Source: an uncultured bacterium
GTDB lineage: Bacteria > Verrucomicrobiota > Verrucomicrobiia > Verrucomicrobiales > DEV007
Reading direction: 5' to 3'
Assembly: GCA_963977015.1 (NCBI GenBank)
Contig: CAXBMO010000017.1
Location: forward strand, 32,001 to 96,000
DNA: 64,000 bases
Each line of letters starts with the position of its first letter. Position 1 is the first letter of the stretch. Shown here piece after piece: positions 1 through 11,176 of this stretch. The position numbers and the translations under genes were made by a program. The notes under the pieces were generated by a model that was not told the origin of the DNA, searched no databases, and saw nothing but the letters and a program-made list of their open reading frames with translations.

Positions 1-118
1 TCAAGTTTCCAATCGCGATGATGGCCCTCGGGGAGTTCGCGTCCGTATTCTCTTGAAGAAGAAAAAGTCGTTCTCCGTTATCTAGCTGATTTCAACAGGA
101 GCTCTGGATCCCTCAGCC

Positions 119-3100
119 ATGCATCCCAACACCAAAGACAAACTTGGCCGAACGCTGACTGGCCGGTTCATGGTTTATGCAATCGCGAGCGTGCTGATCG
201 TCAGCGCTCTGGTTGCGTGGGTCGGGATGATGCCGCTCTACCGCGAGTTGCTGCGAAACCAGGAGCAGAACCTCGCATTTGGCGCGCACACAAGAGCCCA
301 AACGCTTGATCAACTCCTGTCCAACAAGATCGACGTTGCGCTGCAAATCACAGGCCGGACGCAAGCACGCCTTGCGCTGGAACGCTACAATCAGGGCGAG
401 TTGGATCTTGAATCTCTCCAGGAATTCAGTGAGCCCATCCTTCTCGACGCCTTGGCGATGTCTGAAAATGTGGCGGGCATTACCCGCTTGGATGATGACG
501 CAAAACTGGCCATAACGGTAGGTAGACCAGTTCCCGAATCCTATTGGCAGGCGGTGGCCAGCGACAACGACGCAACCCAACTACGCGGCCCGGTGGAAAT
601 TGAGGACGAGGAATACCTCCTGATTTCCACCCCCATTCTGGATCGTGACTCAAACCGGGCAGGCACGGACATTGTGGTTTTCGGACTCAAATCTCTCCAC
701 GCTCTGATTCGCGACTATTCCGGTCTGGGAAAAAGTGGGGAGTTGATTGTGGCAGTCACCACGGTCGACGGAAACCGGCGGCTCCTCGCTCCGCTGCGGG
801 ACGGAAGCAGACCTGATCTTGATGGGTCCGCGATTGGCCAAGCCATTGCCAAAGGCTTAAACGGAGAATTGGGAACCCTGGAAGCATCCGAGACGCAGAA
901 CCATACCATCCTCTCCTATCACCCCATCAACCATGCGCCTTGGGTTGCGATCCTCAAGATGGATCGCAGCGAGCTCTATCAGAATATCCGTCAAAAACTC
1001 TCCGGCCTAACCCTTTTCATCCTGATCCTCAGCTTAATGGGAGCGGGAGGCGCCGTCGTCTTACTCAATCCCCTTGCCGGTAAAGTGATCGTCAAGACGG
1101 ATGAGATGAAGGACGAGATCTCGCGAAAGACGTCCGAACTTGAAGAGGCGAATCGCGTCCTCGAATCCTTCTTCCATGTTTCGCTCGACATGCTTTGTAT
1201 CGCTGGAGTTGACAGCTACTTCAAGCGGGTCAATCCCGCGTTTGAGGAGACACTCGGCTTCAGCCAGGACGAACTTCTCGCAAAACCGTTCATCGACTTC
1301 GTTCACCCGGACGACCGCAGATCAACGACGAAAGCCGTTCAGAAACTCGCTTCCGGGAATACCGTGATCTCCTTTGAGAATCGCTACCTCCACAAGGATG
1401 GAACTTATCGCTGGATCGAGTGGAATGCCGCACCTGACGAGACCAGTGGCTGGATTTACGCCGCAGCCCGAGACATCACCCAACGGAAAACCAACGAAGA
1501 AAATTTGCGGGCAGCCAAGCACGAGGCGGAGGAGGCCAATCACGCCAAGAGTGAGTTCCTCGCGAACATGAGCCACGAGATCCGCACGCCGATGAACGGC
1601 ATCCTCGGCATGACCGAGCTCCTGCTCCACACGCCGCTGACTCCGGAGCAAAACGAGTATGGCAGGATGGCTTACCAATCGGCTGAGAATCTCCTCAGGC
1701 TGCTCAACGACATACTCGACTTCTCCAAGATTGAAGCCGGTAAACTGGAATTGGCGCCACACACGTTTCAACTTCGCGACTCGATTGGTGACACCCTGCA
1801 AACCCTGGCCCTCACCGCACAAGAGAAAGGTTTGGAACTGGCATTTCACATCGATTCGGACGTGCCGGACCGATTAACCGGCGACCTCAGCCGCCTCAGA
1901 CAAGTGCTCGTCAATTTGATTGGCAACGCGATCAAATTCACCCGTCAGGGAGAAGTCGTTGTCGAGATTTCTTCCGAAGAAGCCATCGAAGGATTCACCG
2001 TTCTTCACGTTTCGGTTCGCGACACGGGCATCGGAATTCCCAAGGACAAACTGGGCAGAATTTTCGAGTCGTTCACGCAAGGGGATACCTCAACGACCCG
2101 CACCTTTGGGGGCACCGGACTGGGACTCGCGATATCCCGCGAAATTGTCGCCATGATGGACGGGGAGATTTCCGTTGATAGTGAAACCGGCAAGGGTTCG
2201 GTCTTTCAGTTTTCAGCAAGATTTGGGGTGGACACTGAAACCTTCAGGAAACTGAACGCCCCGGAATCGCTACACCATGTGCCAGTCCTGGCGGTTGACG
2301 ACAATGCTACGAACCTCCGGATCCTAACGGCAATCCTGGAAAGTTGGAAGATGAAACCGGTTGGAGTGACCAGCGGAAGCGAGGCACTCGAGGCACTGAA
2401 AAAGGCCGACAAGGAGGGGAAACCGTTTCGAGTGGTATTGCTCGACTACATGATGCCGGGAATGGACGGAATGGAATTGGCGGTTCGGATTCAGGATCTC
2501 AACCTCAAACCGAATCCGAAGCTGATGTTGCTTTCCTCCGCAGGAAGCCAGACGTTTGAACCTGGTGTCAAGCTTGAACGTTGTCTTAGCAAACCCATCA
2601 AACCCTCAAGCCTGCTCGATGCGATCGTGAGTAGTCTCGGATTCACCTCGCGCGAAAAATCTGGAGTCCCCACCATTAAGTCGGGAGCCGACCTTCCTCC
2701 TCTCAACGTGTTGGTAGTGGAGGACAATCGGGTCAATCAGGACGTTGCCGCCCGTTTTCTGCAGCGTCGCGGCCACAAGGTTACGATCGACTCCAACGGT
2801 AAAGAAGCGCTCGACCGGCTGGAAACCGAACATGACTTCGACCTGATCCTCATGGACGTTCAGATGCCGGTGATGGGTGGCCTGGATGCTACGAAAGCGA
2901 TTCGTGAGAAAGAACAAAAGGCCGGTAAAGGCGATCACCTTCCCATCGTTGCGATGACCGCTCATGCCATGACCGGCGATCGCGAAAAATGCCTGGAAGC
3001 AGGGATGGACGGCTATGTGGCAAAACCTCTCCAATCAGCCGCCCTGTTTCGGGCGATTTCCGACACCCTCGGTTTCACCGATGCCGAAAAGGCGGCGGCT

Positions 3101-3514
3101 CAGGAAGCCCCGCCGGACGAAGATACCAATACGCTGAAATTCTCTCAAGAAGAAGTGTTCGACGCGGACGCGTTTCAGAAACGCCTTGGCAAGCTGGAGT
3201 TGATGCAAGAGTTGGTCAGCTACTTCTTCGAGGACTCGGCGGAATACCTCAGAGAAATTGATGCGGCTTTTTCCCGAAATGATCTCACGGCATTGCAGCA
3301 CTCCGCTCATGCCCTCAAAGGATTGGTCGGGAACTATGCGTCACCGGTATCACTTCGTTTGGCCGCAAATCTCACGAACCAAGCCAAAGCTGGCAACTTG
3401 GAGGGTGCGCGGAAGTGGGATGTTCCCCTGAGAAAGGCGATAGAGTCGCTCGGTGACGCCTTGACGGAGTTCATCGAGACAAAGTGCGGATCGAAAGAAA
3501 AAGAGTCGGCCTAA
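119..3514 (+). CDS. Membrane-bound hybrid sensor histidine kinase (periplasmic sensor, PAS, HisKA, HATPase, two receiver domains, Hpt)
   Basis: Two TM segments; PAS (FVHPDD); H-box [31 protein letters not shown] and GGTGLGL boxes; receivers [12 protein letters not shown] and [13 protein letters not shown]; Hpt AHALKG. Confidence 0.95.
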   Translation: MHPNTKDKLGRTLTGRFMVYAIASVLIVSALVAWVGMMPLYRELLRNQEQNLAFGAHTRAQTLDQLLSNKIDVALQITGRTQARLALERYNQGELDLESLQEFSEPILLDALAMSENVAGITRLDDDAKLAITVGRPVPESYWQAVASDNDATQLRGPVEIEDEEYLLISTPILDRDSNRAGTDIVVFGLKSLHALIRDYSGLGKSGELIVAVTTVDGNRRLLAPLRDGSRPDLDGSAIGQAIAKGLNGELGTLEASETQNHTILSYHPINHAPWVAILKMDRSELYQNIRQKLSGLTLFILILSLMGAGGAVVLLNPLAGKVIVKTDEMKDEISRKTSELEEANRVLESFFHVSLDMLCIAGVDSYFKRVNPAFEETLGFSQDELLAKPFIDFVHPDDRRSTTKAVQKLASGNTVISFENRYLHKDGTYRWIEWNAAPDETSGWIYAAARDITQRKTNEENLRAAKHEAEEANHAKSEFLANMSHEIRTPMNGILGMTELLLHTPLTPEQNEYGRMAYQSAENLLRLLNDILDFSKIEAGKLELAPHTFQLRDSIGDTLQTLALTAQEKGLELAFHIDSDVPDRLTGDLSRLRQVLVNLIGNAIKFTRQGEVVVEISSEEAIEGFTVLHVSVRDTGIGIPKDKLGRIFESFTQGDTSTTRTFGGTGLGLAISREIVAMMDGEISVDSETGKGSVFQFSARFGVDTETFRKLNAPESLHHVPVLAVDDNATNLRILTAILESWKMKPVGVTSGSEALEALKKADKEGKPFRVVLLDYMMPGMDGMELAVRIQDLNLKPNPKLMLLSSAGSQTFEPGVKLERCLSKPIKPSSLLDAIVSSLGFTSREKSGVPTIKSGADLPPLNVLVVEDNRVNQDVAARFLQRRGHKVTIDSNGKEALDRLETEHDFDLILMDVQMPVMGGLDATKAIREKEQKAGKGDHLPIVAMTAHAMTGDREKCLEAGMDGYVAKPLQSAALFRAISDTLGFTDAEKAAAQEAPPDEDTNTLKFSQEEVFDADAFQKRLGKLELMQELVSYFFEDSAEYLREIDAAFSRNDLTALQHSAHALKGLVGNYASPVSLRLAANLTNQAKAGNLEGARKWDVPLRKAIESLGDALTEFIETKCGSKEKESA

Positions 3515-3544
3515 CTACCCGCGATAACCAACCTCCAACGTCGG

Positions 3545-3997
3545 CTATCCCTGGCAACCCAGCATCGTATCGACCGCGTCGCCCACCTGCTTCAACCGAA
3601 CACGCCGCGGAAGCAACATGACGCGGTCCTTTTCCTCATAGCCCTGAAACCCGACGAACGGTGAGTAGAGCGGCGAGAGCATAATCGCAGGAAGCACCGG
3701 TTGGAGCCGATAAGCGTCCCGAATTTCAGCGAGAACTTCGCGGCCCGTCATCCCAATCTGGGGTTCCTCCAGAATCAGCAAATCCGGCTTGATCTGTTTA
3801 CAGGCACAGACCGCAGTCTTCGTCGTTTGCGCACAGTAAACGCGGTGCTTTCCTGAAAATTCCAAACCGAATTTCAGGAAACGAACAAACATGGTCTCGC
3901 TGCCCACCAGGAGAATTCGGCCTTCACGACTCGGGCCGATGTCAGGTAGAGGAGTAACCTCATGAGCATGCTTTTTGTCGGGGGTCTCGGTCAGCAT
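3545..3997 (-). CDS. Stand-alone atypical receiver-domain protein
   Basis: RILLV...KPDLLILE...MTGREVL...PAIMLS follows the REC fold pattern, but the phospho-site residues are altered. Confidence 0.65.
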   Translation of the reverse strand: MLTETPDKKHAHEVTPLPDIGPSREGRILLVGSETMFVRFLKFGLEFSGKHRVYCAQTTKTAVCACKQIKPDLLILEEPQIGMTGREVLAEIRDAYRLQPVLPAIMLSPLYSPFVGFQGYEEKDRVMLLPRRVRLKQVGDAVDTMLGCQG

Positions 3998-4255
3998 ATT
4001 TCTGAGAATCGATCAGGTTAACAATCTACAGATTGTAAGCAGCATTCGTTCCAAGAGCCCTCCAGAGCCCAATTCCGTGACAAATCCTGCCCAACTGTAT
4101 CAATCGTATCATCTCAGTCCCGCGATTGGCAACAAGTGACCAGCCTTATTTCCCTGACTGGCTCAAAACAACCAATCCGGATTCAAGGATTCAAAATTCC
4201 CGGCATCTCCAATTTTGAGCTTTACCCACGCATTCCCAACATCAACGATACGCGG

Positions 4256-4948
4256 ATGCTGTTGGTGCCTTATCGAATCGAAACCTTGGAGCAGGATGTC
4301 CCTTGGGCGAACTGGCTGATCATCGCGGTCTGCACGCTGACCTCGCTCCTCTTTTTTTCCAATGGTCCCACGGAGGAGGATTTCATAACCGGCCGTCATT
4401 GGTCGATTCCCATGATTCTCAATGGATGGAACCCGGTCGGCCTTGTCGGCCACATTTTCCTGCACACCGACATTTTTCACCTGTTGGGAAACATGCTGTT
4501 TCTCTGGGTTTTCGGAAACTCGGTTTGCACCAACATCGGCAACGGGCGGTATCTTCTGCTCTTCCTGTTTGTCACGATCATCGCGGCAATCTTCCACAAC
4601 CTCTTCTCGGGCGGTCTCGCCGTCGGCGCAAGCGGTGCGATCAACGGAGTGGTGGGCGTTGTCCTGGCCCTCTATCCCATCAACCGGGTTCACGTTTGGT
4701 ACCTGTTCTTTTTCAGATTCGGAACCTGGGAGGTTTCCGCCTGGCTCATTATCCTCGTTTGGCTTGCCTTTGACATCTGGGGCGTCATTACAGGTGGAGG
4801 CATGGTCGCCTACTGGGCCCATATCGGCGGATTGATTGCGGGAGTCGGCCTCGGCACCCTGGCCCTGCAAAAAACCTGGGTGATGTTGACGGAATATGAC
4901 AACCGCTCGCTACTTGAGATTCTGACGGGACAGAATTGGAATGAGTAA
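4256..4948 (+). CDS. Rhomboid family intramembrane serine protease
   Basis: FLH..IFHLLGNMLFLWVFG, catalytic GASG, VAYWAHIGG; ATG at 4256 preferred over the longer ORF start. Confidence 0.92.
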   Translation: MLLVPYRIETLEQDVPWANWLIIAVCTLTSLLFFSNGPTEEDFITGRHWSIPMILNGWNPVGLVGHIFLHTDIFHLLGNMLFLWVFGNSVCTNIGNGRYLLLFLFVTIIAAIFHNLFSGGLAVGASGAINGVVGVVLALYPINRVHVWYLFFFRFGTWEVSAWLIILVWLAFDIWGVITGGGMVAYWAHIGGLIAGVGLGTLALQKTWVMLTEYDNRSLLEILTGQNWNE

Positions 4949-4974
4949 GCCCGTTGCCGGGTCAAAATTCCCAA

Positions 4975-5176
4975 GGGGGCGTTTGAAAATGATGACGGAC
5001 GCCCAATTGTTCCTCATTTTTGAAGATTGGCTTCGCAGGATCTTGAGATGCGGCGCTTTTCCCGCCTGAAAATGCTGTTCGGGGCTTTGTGAGAAGGCTC
5101 ATCGCCGCCCCGAGCCATCATTCCAAGTCGACAAAATCACTCGCAGCGCGTCTCGGCCTCATTTTCAAACGCGCCC
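4975..5176 (+). mobile_element. MITE-like non-autonomous element, copy 1 (~202 bp)
   Basis: Terminal inverted repeats GGGGGCGTTTGAAAATGA / TCATTTTCAAACGCGCCC; near-identical inverted copy at 43300-43502. Confidence 0.88.
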
Positions 5177-5208
5177 TAACAAGTTTCAAAAAATTCGATT
5201 GCAGGTAG

Positions 5209-5424
5209 GCAAACCCTGAGTCCTTGGTTGCCTTCACCCGCTTTGGCGAGTCCCAACTTGATTTTTCCCTTGGTGTTTGGCATGAAAAGAATGACTTTAT
5301 CATGGAGCGAAATTCCTTCCTTCGCGACGTCAAGCCTGGCCTCGAAAAGGCGGGGATTGCAATCCCCTACCCTCACAGAGAGATCCTGATGCCGCCCCCA
5401 AGCGGTCCTGATCCCGAAAAATAG
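5209..5424 (+). pseudogene. C-terminal remnant of an MscS-family mechanosensitive channel
   Basis: PESLVAFTRFGESQLDFSLGVW...GIAIPYPHREI parallels the C-terminus of the intact MscS at 9020-11176; in-frame stop just upstream; no TM part. Confidence 0.8.
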
Positions 5425-5427
5425 CCC

Positions 5428-5901
5428 ATGGACGACAACCTCTCCCCTACCACCACGCTTCCGGTCATCGGTTGGCGTGAATGGCTCGCCCTCCCCGCTC
5501 TTGGGATTCCCGGCATCAAGGCAAAGATTGACACGGGGGCCCGCAGTTCGGCACTTCATACCAACTCTTTTGAGGTTGAAGATCGCGATGGAGCCCAGTG
5601 GGTGAAATTCCAAATGCATCCCCTGACGCGCACGAATGAAGTTGAGATGACTTGCGAAGCACCGATACTCGAGTTCCGCGACGTCAAAGACTCGGGTGGA
5701 CACGTTGAACACCGCCCATTTATCCGGACAAGAGCCCGGCTCGGCACCTATGAATGGGACGTCGACATGAGCCTCACCAACCGCGAAGGCATGAAGTTTC
5801 GCATGCTGTTGGGGCGCGAAGCCGTTGCGTCAGACTTCTTGATCGATCCCTCAGCCAGTTACATCATCGGACAATCTTTAGCCCACCAATATGGAATCTA
5901 A
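5428..5901 (+). CDS. RimK-associated retropepsin-like protease (often annotated ATP-dependent zinc protease; RimB-like)
   Basis: [20 protein letters not shown] and MLLGR motifs; overlaps the rimK start. Confidence 0.9.
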   Translation: MDDNLSPTTTLPVIGWREWLALPALGIPGIKAKIDTGARSSALHTNSFEVEDRDGAQWVKFQMHPLTRTNEVEMTCEAPILEFRDVKDSGGHVEHRPFIRTRARLGTYEWDVDMSLTNREGMKFRMLLGREAVASDFLIDPSASYIIGQSLAHQYGI

Positions 5902-6820
5902 CCCAGCCCCAAAACCCTCACTGCGAATTGGAATTCTCTCTCGAAACCGAAGACTTTATTCCACCGAAAGCCTGGTCAAGGCCTGCGAGAAGCGCGGTCA
6001 TGAGGTGAGGGTCATCGATTATTTGAAATGCCACATGAACATCACGACTCATAAGCCACGGATTTATCTGGGCGATGAGGAGTTGAAGTTTGATGCGGTG
6101 ATTCCGCGGATCGGCGCATCGCGCACGTTTTTCGGCACGGCGGTGGTTCGGCAGTTTGAGATCATGGGCTCCTACAGTGTCAACGAATCCGTCGCCATCA
6201 GCCGGAGCCGCGACAAATTGCGTAGCCTCCAACTTCTCGCTCGCAGGGGGCTCGGGCTTCCGGTTACCGCATTTGCGCACGATACGAGCGCGACGGGTCA
6301 TGTCGTGAAAATCTGTGGTGGCGCCCCCGTCGTCATCAAGCTTTTGGAAGGCACCCAGGGTGTCGGCGTCGTTTTGGCGGAAACCCCCAAGGCGGCCGAA
6401 AGCGTGATTGAGGCGTTTCGCGGACTGGATGCCAACATTCTCGTTCAGGAGTTCATCAAGGAAGCCGGTGGCGCAGATTTTCGTTGTCTGGTTGTTGGCG
6501 ACCGCGTGGTAGCAGCGATGAAACGCCAGGGCAAAGAGGGCGAATTCCGCAGCAACCTTCACCGGGGCGGTTCAGCAGCCATCGCTAAAATTACCCCGGA
6601 AGAGCGCTCAACCGCCGTCCGCGCGGCCAAGGTAATGGGATTGAACGTTGCCGGAGTCGATCTGCTGCGCTCAAACCACGGCCCGGTGATCATGGAAGTG
6701 AATTCATCGCCTGGGCTCGAAGGAATCGAAAGCGCAACCGGCAAAGACGTTTCCGCTTCCATCATCCAGTTCATTGAAAAGCACGTGGCTGACGGAACCC
6801 GGACAAAAGGGAAAGGATGA
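5891..6820 (+). CDS. rimK: Ribosomal protein S6--L-glutamate ligase (ATP-grasp)
   Basis: [54 protein letters not shown]. Confidence 0.96.
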   Translation: MESNPAPKPSLRIGILSRNRRLYSTESLVKACEKRGHEVRVIDYLKCHMNITTHKPRIYLGDEELKFDAVIPRIGASRTFFGTAVVRQFEIMGSYSVNESVAISRSRDKLRSLQLLARRGLGLPVTAFAHDTSATGHVVKICGGAPVVIKLLEGTQGVGVVLAETPKAAESVIEAFRGLDANILVQEFIKEAGGADFRCLVVGDRVVAAMKRQGKEGEFRSNLHRGGSAAIAKITPEERSTAVRAAKVMGLNVAGVDLLRSNHGPVIMEVNSSPGLEGIESATGKDVSASIIQFIEKHVADGTRTKGKG

Positions 6821-7006
6821 CCGCAGAAGGATTTGAGAAACCGTTAGAATTTGGCCATTCCTCGTTTTTTCCCGGAGATCGAGGCTCGCGTCAAATTCCG
6901 AACAGCAATCTCATCCCCCTCGGGATGGTCGAACTGAATGCTTACGCAAAAACTCGACCACCGACTGGTCCACCCCAAATTTGACGATCCTCTCAAGGAC
7001 TAACCC

Positions 7007-7999
7007 ATGCTACTGACCTGGCTAGCCATCTTTTTCTGCCTCTCTCAATCGGCCATGTTCTCAGGTTTGAACCTGGCCTTCTTCTCACTGGGCCGGCTTA
7101 ATCTGGAGGCGGAAGCACAGCTTGGCTGTCCAAACGCGTTGAAGATTCTGCTTCTGAGAACGCGGTCCAACTTTCTGCTCTGCACCATTCTTTGGGGCAA
7201 TGTTAGTGTCAATGTCGCGCTAGCCATGTTGTCGGACTCCGTCATGACCGGCGTTTTCGCGTTTCTGTTTTCAACCTGCGGAATTACGTTTTTCGGTGAG
7301 ATCGTTCCCCAGGCTTACTTTTCGCGGCATGCCCTCCGGGTGGGAGCGATGCTCGCCCCGGTGATTCGAATCTACCAAATCCTACTCTGGCCCGTGGCGA
7401 GGCCCTGCGCGTGGATTCTGGACCGCTGGATGGGAGAAGAAGGTCCCCTGTTCTTCAAGGAACGCGACTTCGAAGTCTTGCTCGATCGTCATATCAAGGA
7501 GCGTGAAACGGATATCGGCCGCGCAGAGGGACGTGGCGCCCTCAACTTCCTGCGCCTGGACGACCTTCGGGTGAGCGGAGAAGGATCTTCGTTGGACCCG
7601 GACACCGTTTTGCAGATGAGCGATTTGGAAGATCCGGGTTTAGGGGCAAAGTTGCAGGCAAGCCGCTGGAAATGGGCCATTCTCGTGGATGAATTCGGGA
7701 ATCCGGTCCAAGCCCTGAATTCGGACGAATATCTCCGGGCGTTCCAGGATCGTGGCGACAATCCGCATCCGGGCGAGTTTTGCCATTTGCCCATTGTCGT
7801 GACCAACCCGGAAACAACGCTCGATCGTGTCCTCTCGGAATTGGTGGTGGAAAGCGACCGGCCCGACGACCGTCTCATCGACCGGGAAGTGATTCTCTAT
7901 TGGGGCGAAAACACCAAACGGATCATCACCGGCCCGGATTTATTGGGGCGGCTCCTGAATGGAATCGCCCAACGAACGTCCACTGCGGCAAGCCCCTAA
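7007..7999 (+). CDS. CNNM/DUF21 domain membrane protein (putative Mg2+/Co2+ transport)
   Basis: SAMFSGLNLAFFSL, LLCTILWGNVSVN, FFGEIVPQA. Confidence 0.85.
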   Translation: MLLTWLAIFFCLSQSAMFSGLNLAFFSLGRLNLEAEAQLGCPNALKILLLRTRSNFLLCTILWGNVSVNVALAMLSDSVMTGVFAFLFSTCGITFFGEIVPQAYFSRHALRVGAMLAPVIRIYQILLWPVARPCAWILDRWMGEEGPLFFKERDFEVLLDRHIKERETDIGRAEGRGALNFLRLDDLRVSGEGSSLDPDTVLQMSDLEDPGLGAKLQASRWKWAILVDEFGNPVQALNSDEYLRAFQDRGDNPHPGEFCHLPIVVTNPETTLDRVLSELVVESDRPDDRLIDREVILYWGENTKRIITGPDLLGRLLNGIAQRTSTAASP

Positions 8000-8036
8000 C
8001 CGACCAACCAACCCCCAACTCTCGCTCAACCAGCCC

Positions 8037-9023
8037 ATGGAAGCCAGCCATCCGAACCTGCATTGCCTGCTTTATCATCCGGAATCCGATGAGCTACTTT
8101 CCGGGGGAGAGGAGCTGGTCGAAACCTGGAAAAAACAGCCATCAGCTCAGCTGTGGTTGCATATTGAAGGAAAATTGGATCAGGAGCTCCATGGGCTCCT
8201 GGAATCGACATTTGGACTGCATCCCCTCGCTTTACAGGACGCCTCCCGCGATCGCCACCCGCCAAAGATCGAAGCGTTTGATGATCACAGCTTCATCATT
8301 TTCAAGTCCTTGACTCGCGGCACCAAAAATCTCGACTTTGCAACGTTGCAGTTCGCAATGTTTGTTGGAGAGCGATTCCTCGTGACGCGAACCTCCGGGG
8401 ATTGTCCGAGCGTCGCCAAGCTCCGGACAGAGACCGAAAAGAACATACGCGGGTTTGCGGATGGGCCTGAATTGCTGGCCGTTCGCCTGATGCGGCTCAT
8501 CGTTGAACGCTATCTCAACGTCCTGCTGGCCTTCGAGCCCGAATTGGAAGCGGTCGAAGAGAACCTCCTCGAACGCAGCGACGACCAGCTGCTCGCGGAA
8601 ATGACAAGCAACAAGGCCAGCTTGAAAAAAATGCGCCGGATCTTTCTCTATCACGAACAGATTTTGGAGCAGCTTCGTCAAACTCATCCCGGATTTACCA
8701 GCGATCGGGAACACGAGATCAACGATGTGTATGAACAGCAGGAACGCGCCAACAGCCTGACATTGCTCTATTACGAATTGGCCTCGGATCTGATTGATGG
8801 CTATCTTTCGCTCTCATCGCACCGGCTCAACCAGATCATGAAAGTTCTTACGATCATTACCGCGATTTTTGTTCCGCTCAGTTTCCTGGCCGGAATCTAC
8901 GGGATGAATTTTGAGAACATGCCGGAACTGAATTCCAAATCCGGCTATTTCATCCTCCTGGGCGTAATGACAACCATCGCCGCCGGCCTGCTCTTCGCCT
9001 TTCGGAAACAAAAGTGGATATGA
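8037..9023 (+). CDS. corA: CorA-family Mg2+/Co2+ transporter
   Basis: FGLHPLALQD, HPPKIE and the GMN signature (AGIYGMNFENMPEL) between two C-terminal TM helices. Confidence 0.93.
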   Translation: MEASHPNLHCLLYHPESDELLSGGEELVETWKKQPSAQLWLHIEGKLDQELHGLLESTFGLHPLALQDASRDRHPPKIEAFDDHSFIIFKSLTRGTKNLDFATLQFAMFVGERFLVTRTSGDCPSVAKLRTETEKNIRGFADGPELLAVRLMRLIVERYLNVLLAFEPELEAVEENLLERSDDQLLAEMTSNKASLKKMRRIFLYHEQILEQLRQTHPGFTSDREHEINDVYEQQERANSLTLLYYELASDLIDGYLSLSSHRLNQIMKVLTIITAIFVPLSFLAGIYGMNFENMPELNSKSGYFILLGVMTTIAAGLLFAFRKQKWI

Positions 9024-11176
9024 TGCTTACCAGCTTTCGAGTCGCAATTCCCATCCTGTTGTTCGCCACTGCGTTCGCCAACGCGCAGGACGAACCTCCG
9101 CCTCCCGTGCCCGATCGCCTGGCTTCGGACTGGTGGAATTATTTTTCTCCGAGCGAGCCGCTCTCCCCGGAAGGCCTCGAACGCCGAATCAACAAATTGG
9201 CCGCCGTTCTGGACAAAGCGATTCAGGATTCCTCTCCCGAACAAGTTGCGAATATTCAGCCGCTGATTGAACGCATCAAATCCGGATTGGCAAAGTATGC
9301 GGAACTCAACGCGATGGAAGCACCGCTGGCCGGCACCAGCATTGTCCCTGCCAGCCGCTACACGGTGAGCGAGGCACTGGTTCGCTACAAGGCCTGGCGT
9401 CAACTGGACGTGGACATCCGCGCCAATCAAGAAGAAGCGGATTGGCGACGTTCCCTGCTTGAGGAGGATCGACGACAGCAATCCATGCGTCGCGTTGCTT
9501 ACATGGATAAGGCCACTAGCGATTCAGGTCGTTTCCAGCTAGGTCTGAATCTCATGGCCATCCGTATTGAACTGGAGGTCCGCGCCCTGACACTTGCCCG
9601 CCAACAAAAGGAATTGGCAATCGCTGAAGGAACCTTGCGCGACCTGAAAGTGGAGCTTGAAAAGATTCCCAAACTCCTGCAACCCGGTCCGGATAGCCTG
9701 GAGATTTGGGCTCGGGCCAAGGATGAGGCGACCACCGCACTTTCGCAATTCAAAGCGAAAATTACCGACGATACCAAGACCGCTCCGCTCGTTGCGGATT
9801 CAATTGGTTCCGCTCAATCCCGTCTCGCAGTTCTGAGGTCGGTTTTGCGGGATGTCGACCTCGCTTTGGCGGAAACGGATCTCAAACGCGCAGAATTGGG
9901 TTTGCAGCTGATCGAGATGATTTCGCCTTCGACGGAGGAGCCGAGCCCCTCGCTGATTTCGGCAAAGATTACGGAATATCGCAAGTTTTCCAGTGCGGTT
10001 GATGCGGTTCGGAATCGGGCGTTTCGGATCGTCGATCGCACCAGAACGGCAGCTGGTCAGCAATTGGCCGCCAATGATGCCAACGAATCGCTCACCAACG
10101 TTCTTCAGGAAACGCTGACCTTGGCCGAGACGACACTCCTGAGCCTTCGCCGGCTGGAGGAGGGACAGGGAAGCGCCCAGTTTTTAACCGTTCTGTTGGA
10201 AACCCGGTTGAACGAAGTCCTGGGTTGGGTTGGCCAGGCATCCTCCCAAACGAAGAACTTTGCGGCCAATACCAGGCAGAGCGTGATCGACGCCTTTCAG
10301 TATCCCATTTTTGAGATCAACGAAACGCCAGTCACTGGATTGGGAATCCTGCGCTTCTTCCTCATCCTCGCAATCGCGTGGTGGAGTTCGAAACTGATTC
10401 GAGGAGGCATGGAACGCTTTGGCCAGCGGCTGCGGAAAGTCAACCGCACCTCGCTTTACACCCTTGAGCGCCTGATTCACTACGTCATTCTTGCCATCGG
10501 CATTATGATTGGGCTGACTACCGTGGGATTGGATCTTTCGAAATTCGCCCTGTTTGCGAGCGCGATTGGCATTGGACTTGGCTTTGGTCTCCAGAACCTC
10601 GTATCCAACTTCGTTGCGGGTCTCATCGTGCTTTTCGAGAGAAGCCTCAATGTTGGTGACTTTGTCGAATTGCAGTCCGGCGTCGCCGGCGAAGTCCGGG
10701 AGATCAACATGCGGAGCACCCTCATCACGACGAACGACAACATCGACATTCTGGTTCCCAACTCGGAATTTGTGGCCACTCAAGTCACGAACTGGACGCT
10801 TCGCGAAGCCTTCCGGCGAATCCATATCCCGTTTGGGGTGGCATACGGGACCGACAAGGAATTGGTCAAAAAAGCCGTCCTGGAAGCTGCTGACCGAGTC
10901 CCCTGGACCTTCTCAGAACAGAATCGCCGCAAGCCTCAAGTCTGGTTTGTAAGCTTTGGCGACAGCAGCCTCGATTTTGAACTCGTCGTTTGGTTAACCC
11001 CTGAAGCTGTGAAACGTCCCGGAGCAGTTCAGTCTGACTTTTTGTGGGAAATTGAGACGAGCCTCGCCGAACACAATATCGAAGTTCCCTTTCCCCAACG
11101 CGACCTCCACCTGCGATCCGGTTTTGACTCCGCAACGGGAGCCCTCCAAGACGATTCCGCGGAATCAAAGGGCTAA
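9020..11176 (+). CDS. Large MscS/MscK-like mechanosensitive channel with a long periplasmic helical N-terminus
   Basis: Signal peptide; GIGLGFGLQNLVSNFVAG, VGDFVE, VPNSEF, FGDSSLDF, IEVPFPQRD; ATGA overlap with the corA stop. Confidence 0.92.
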   Translation: MMLTSFRVAIPILLFATAFANAQDEPPPPVPDRLASDWWNYFSPSEPLSPEGLERRINKLAAVLDKAIQDSSPEQVANIQPLIERIKSGLAKYAELNAMEAPLAGTSIVPASRYTVSEALVRYKAWRQLDVDIRANQEEADWRRSLLEEDRRQQSMRRVAYMDKATSDSGRFQLGLNLMAIRIELEVRALTLARQQKELAIAEGTLRDLKVELEKIPKLLQPGPDSLEIWARAKDEATTALSQFKAKITDDTKTAPLVADSIGSAQSRLAVLRSVLRDVDLALAETDLKRAELGLQLIEMISPSTEEPSPSLISAKITEYRKFSSAVDAVRNRAFRIVDRTRTAAGQQLAANDANESLTNVLQETLTLAETTLLSLRRLEEGQGSAQFLTVLLETRLNEVLGWVGQASSQTKNFAANTRQSVIDAFQYPIFEINETPVTGLGILRFFLILAIAWWSSKLIRGGMERFGQRLRKVNRTSLYTLERLIHYVILAIGIMIGLTTVGLDLSKFALFASAIGIGLGFGLQNLVSNFVAGLIVLFERSLNVGDFVELQSGVAGEVREINMRSTLITTNDNIDILVPNSEFVATQVTNWTLREAFRRIHIPFGVAYGTDKELVKKAVLEAADRVPWTFSEQNRRKPQVWFVSFGDSSLDFELVVWLTPEAVKRPGAVQSDFLWEIETSLAEHNIEVPFPQRDLHLRSGFDSATGALQDDSAESKG

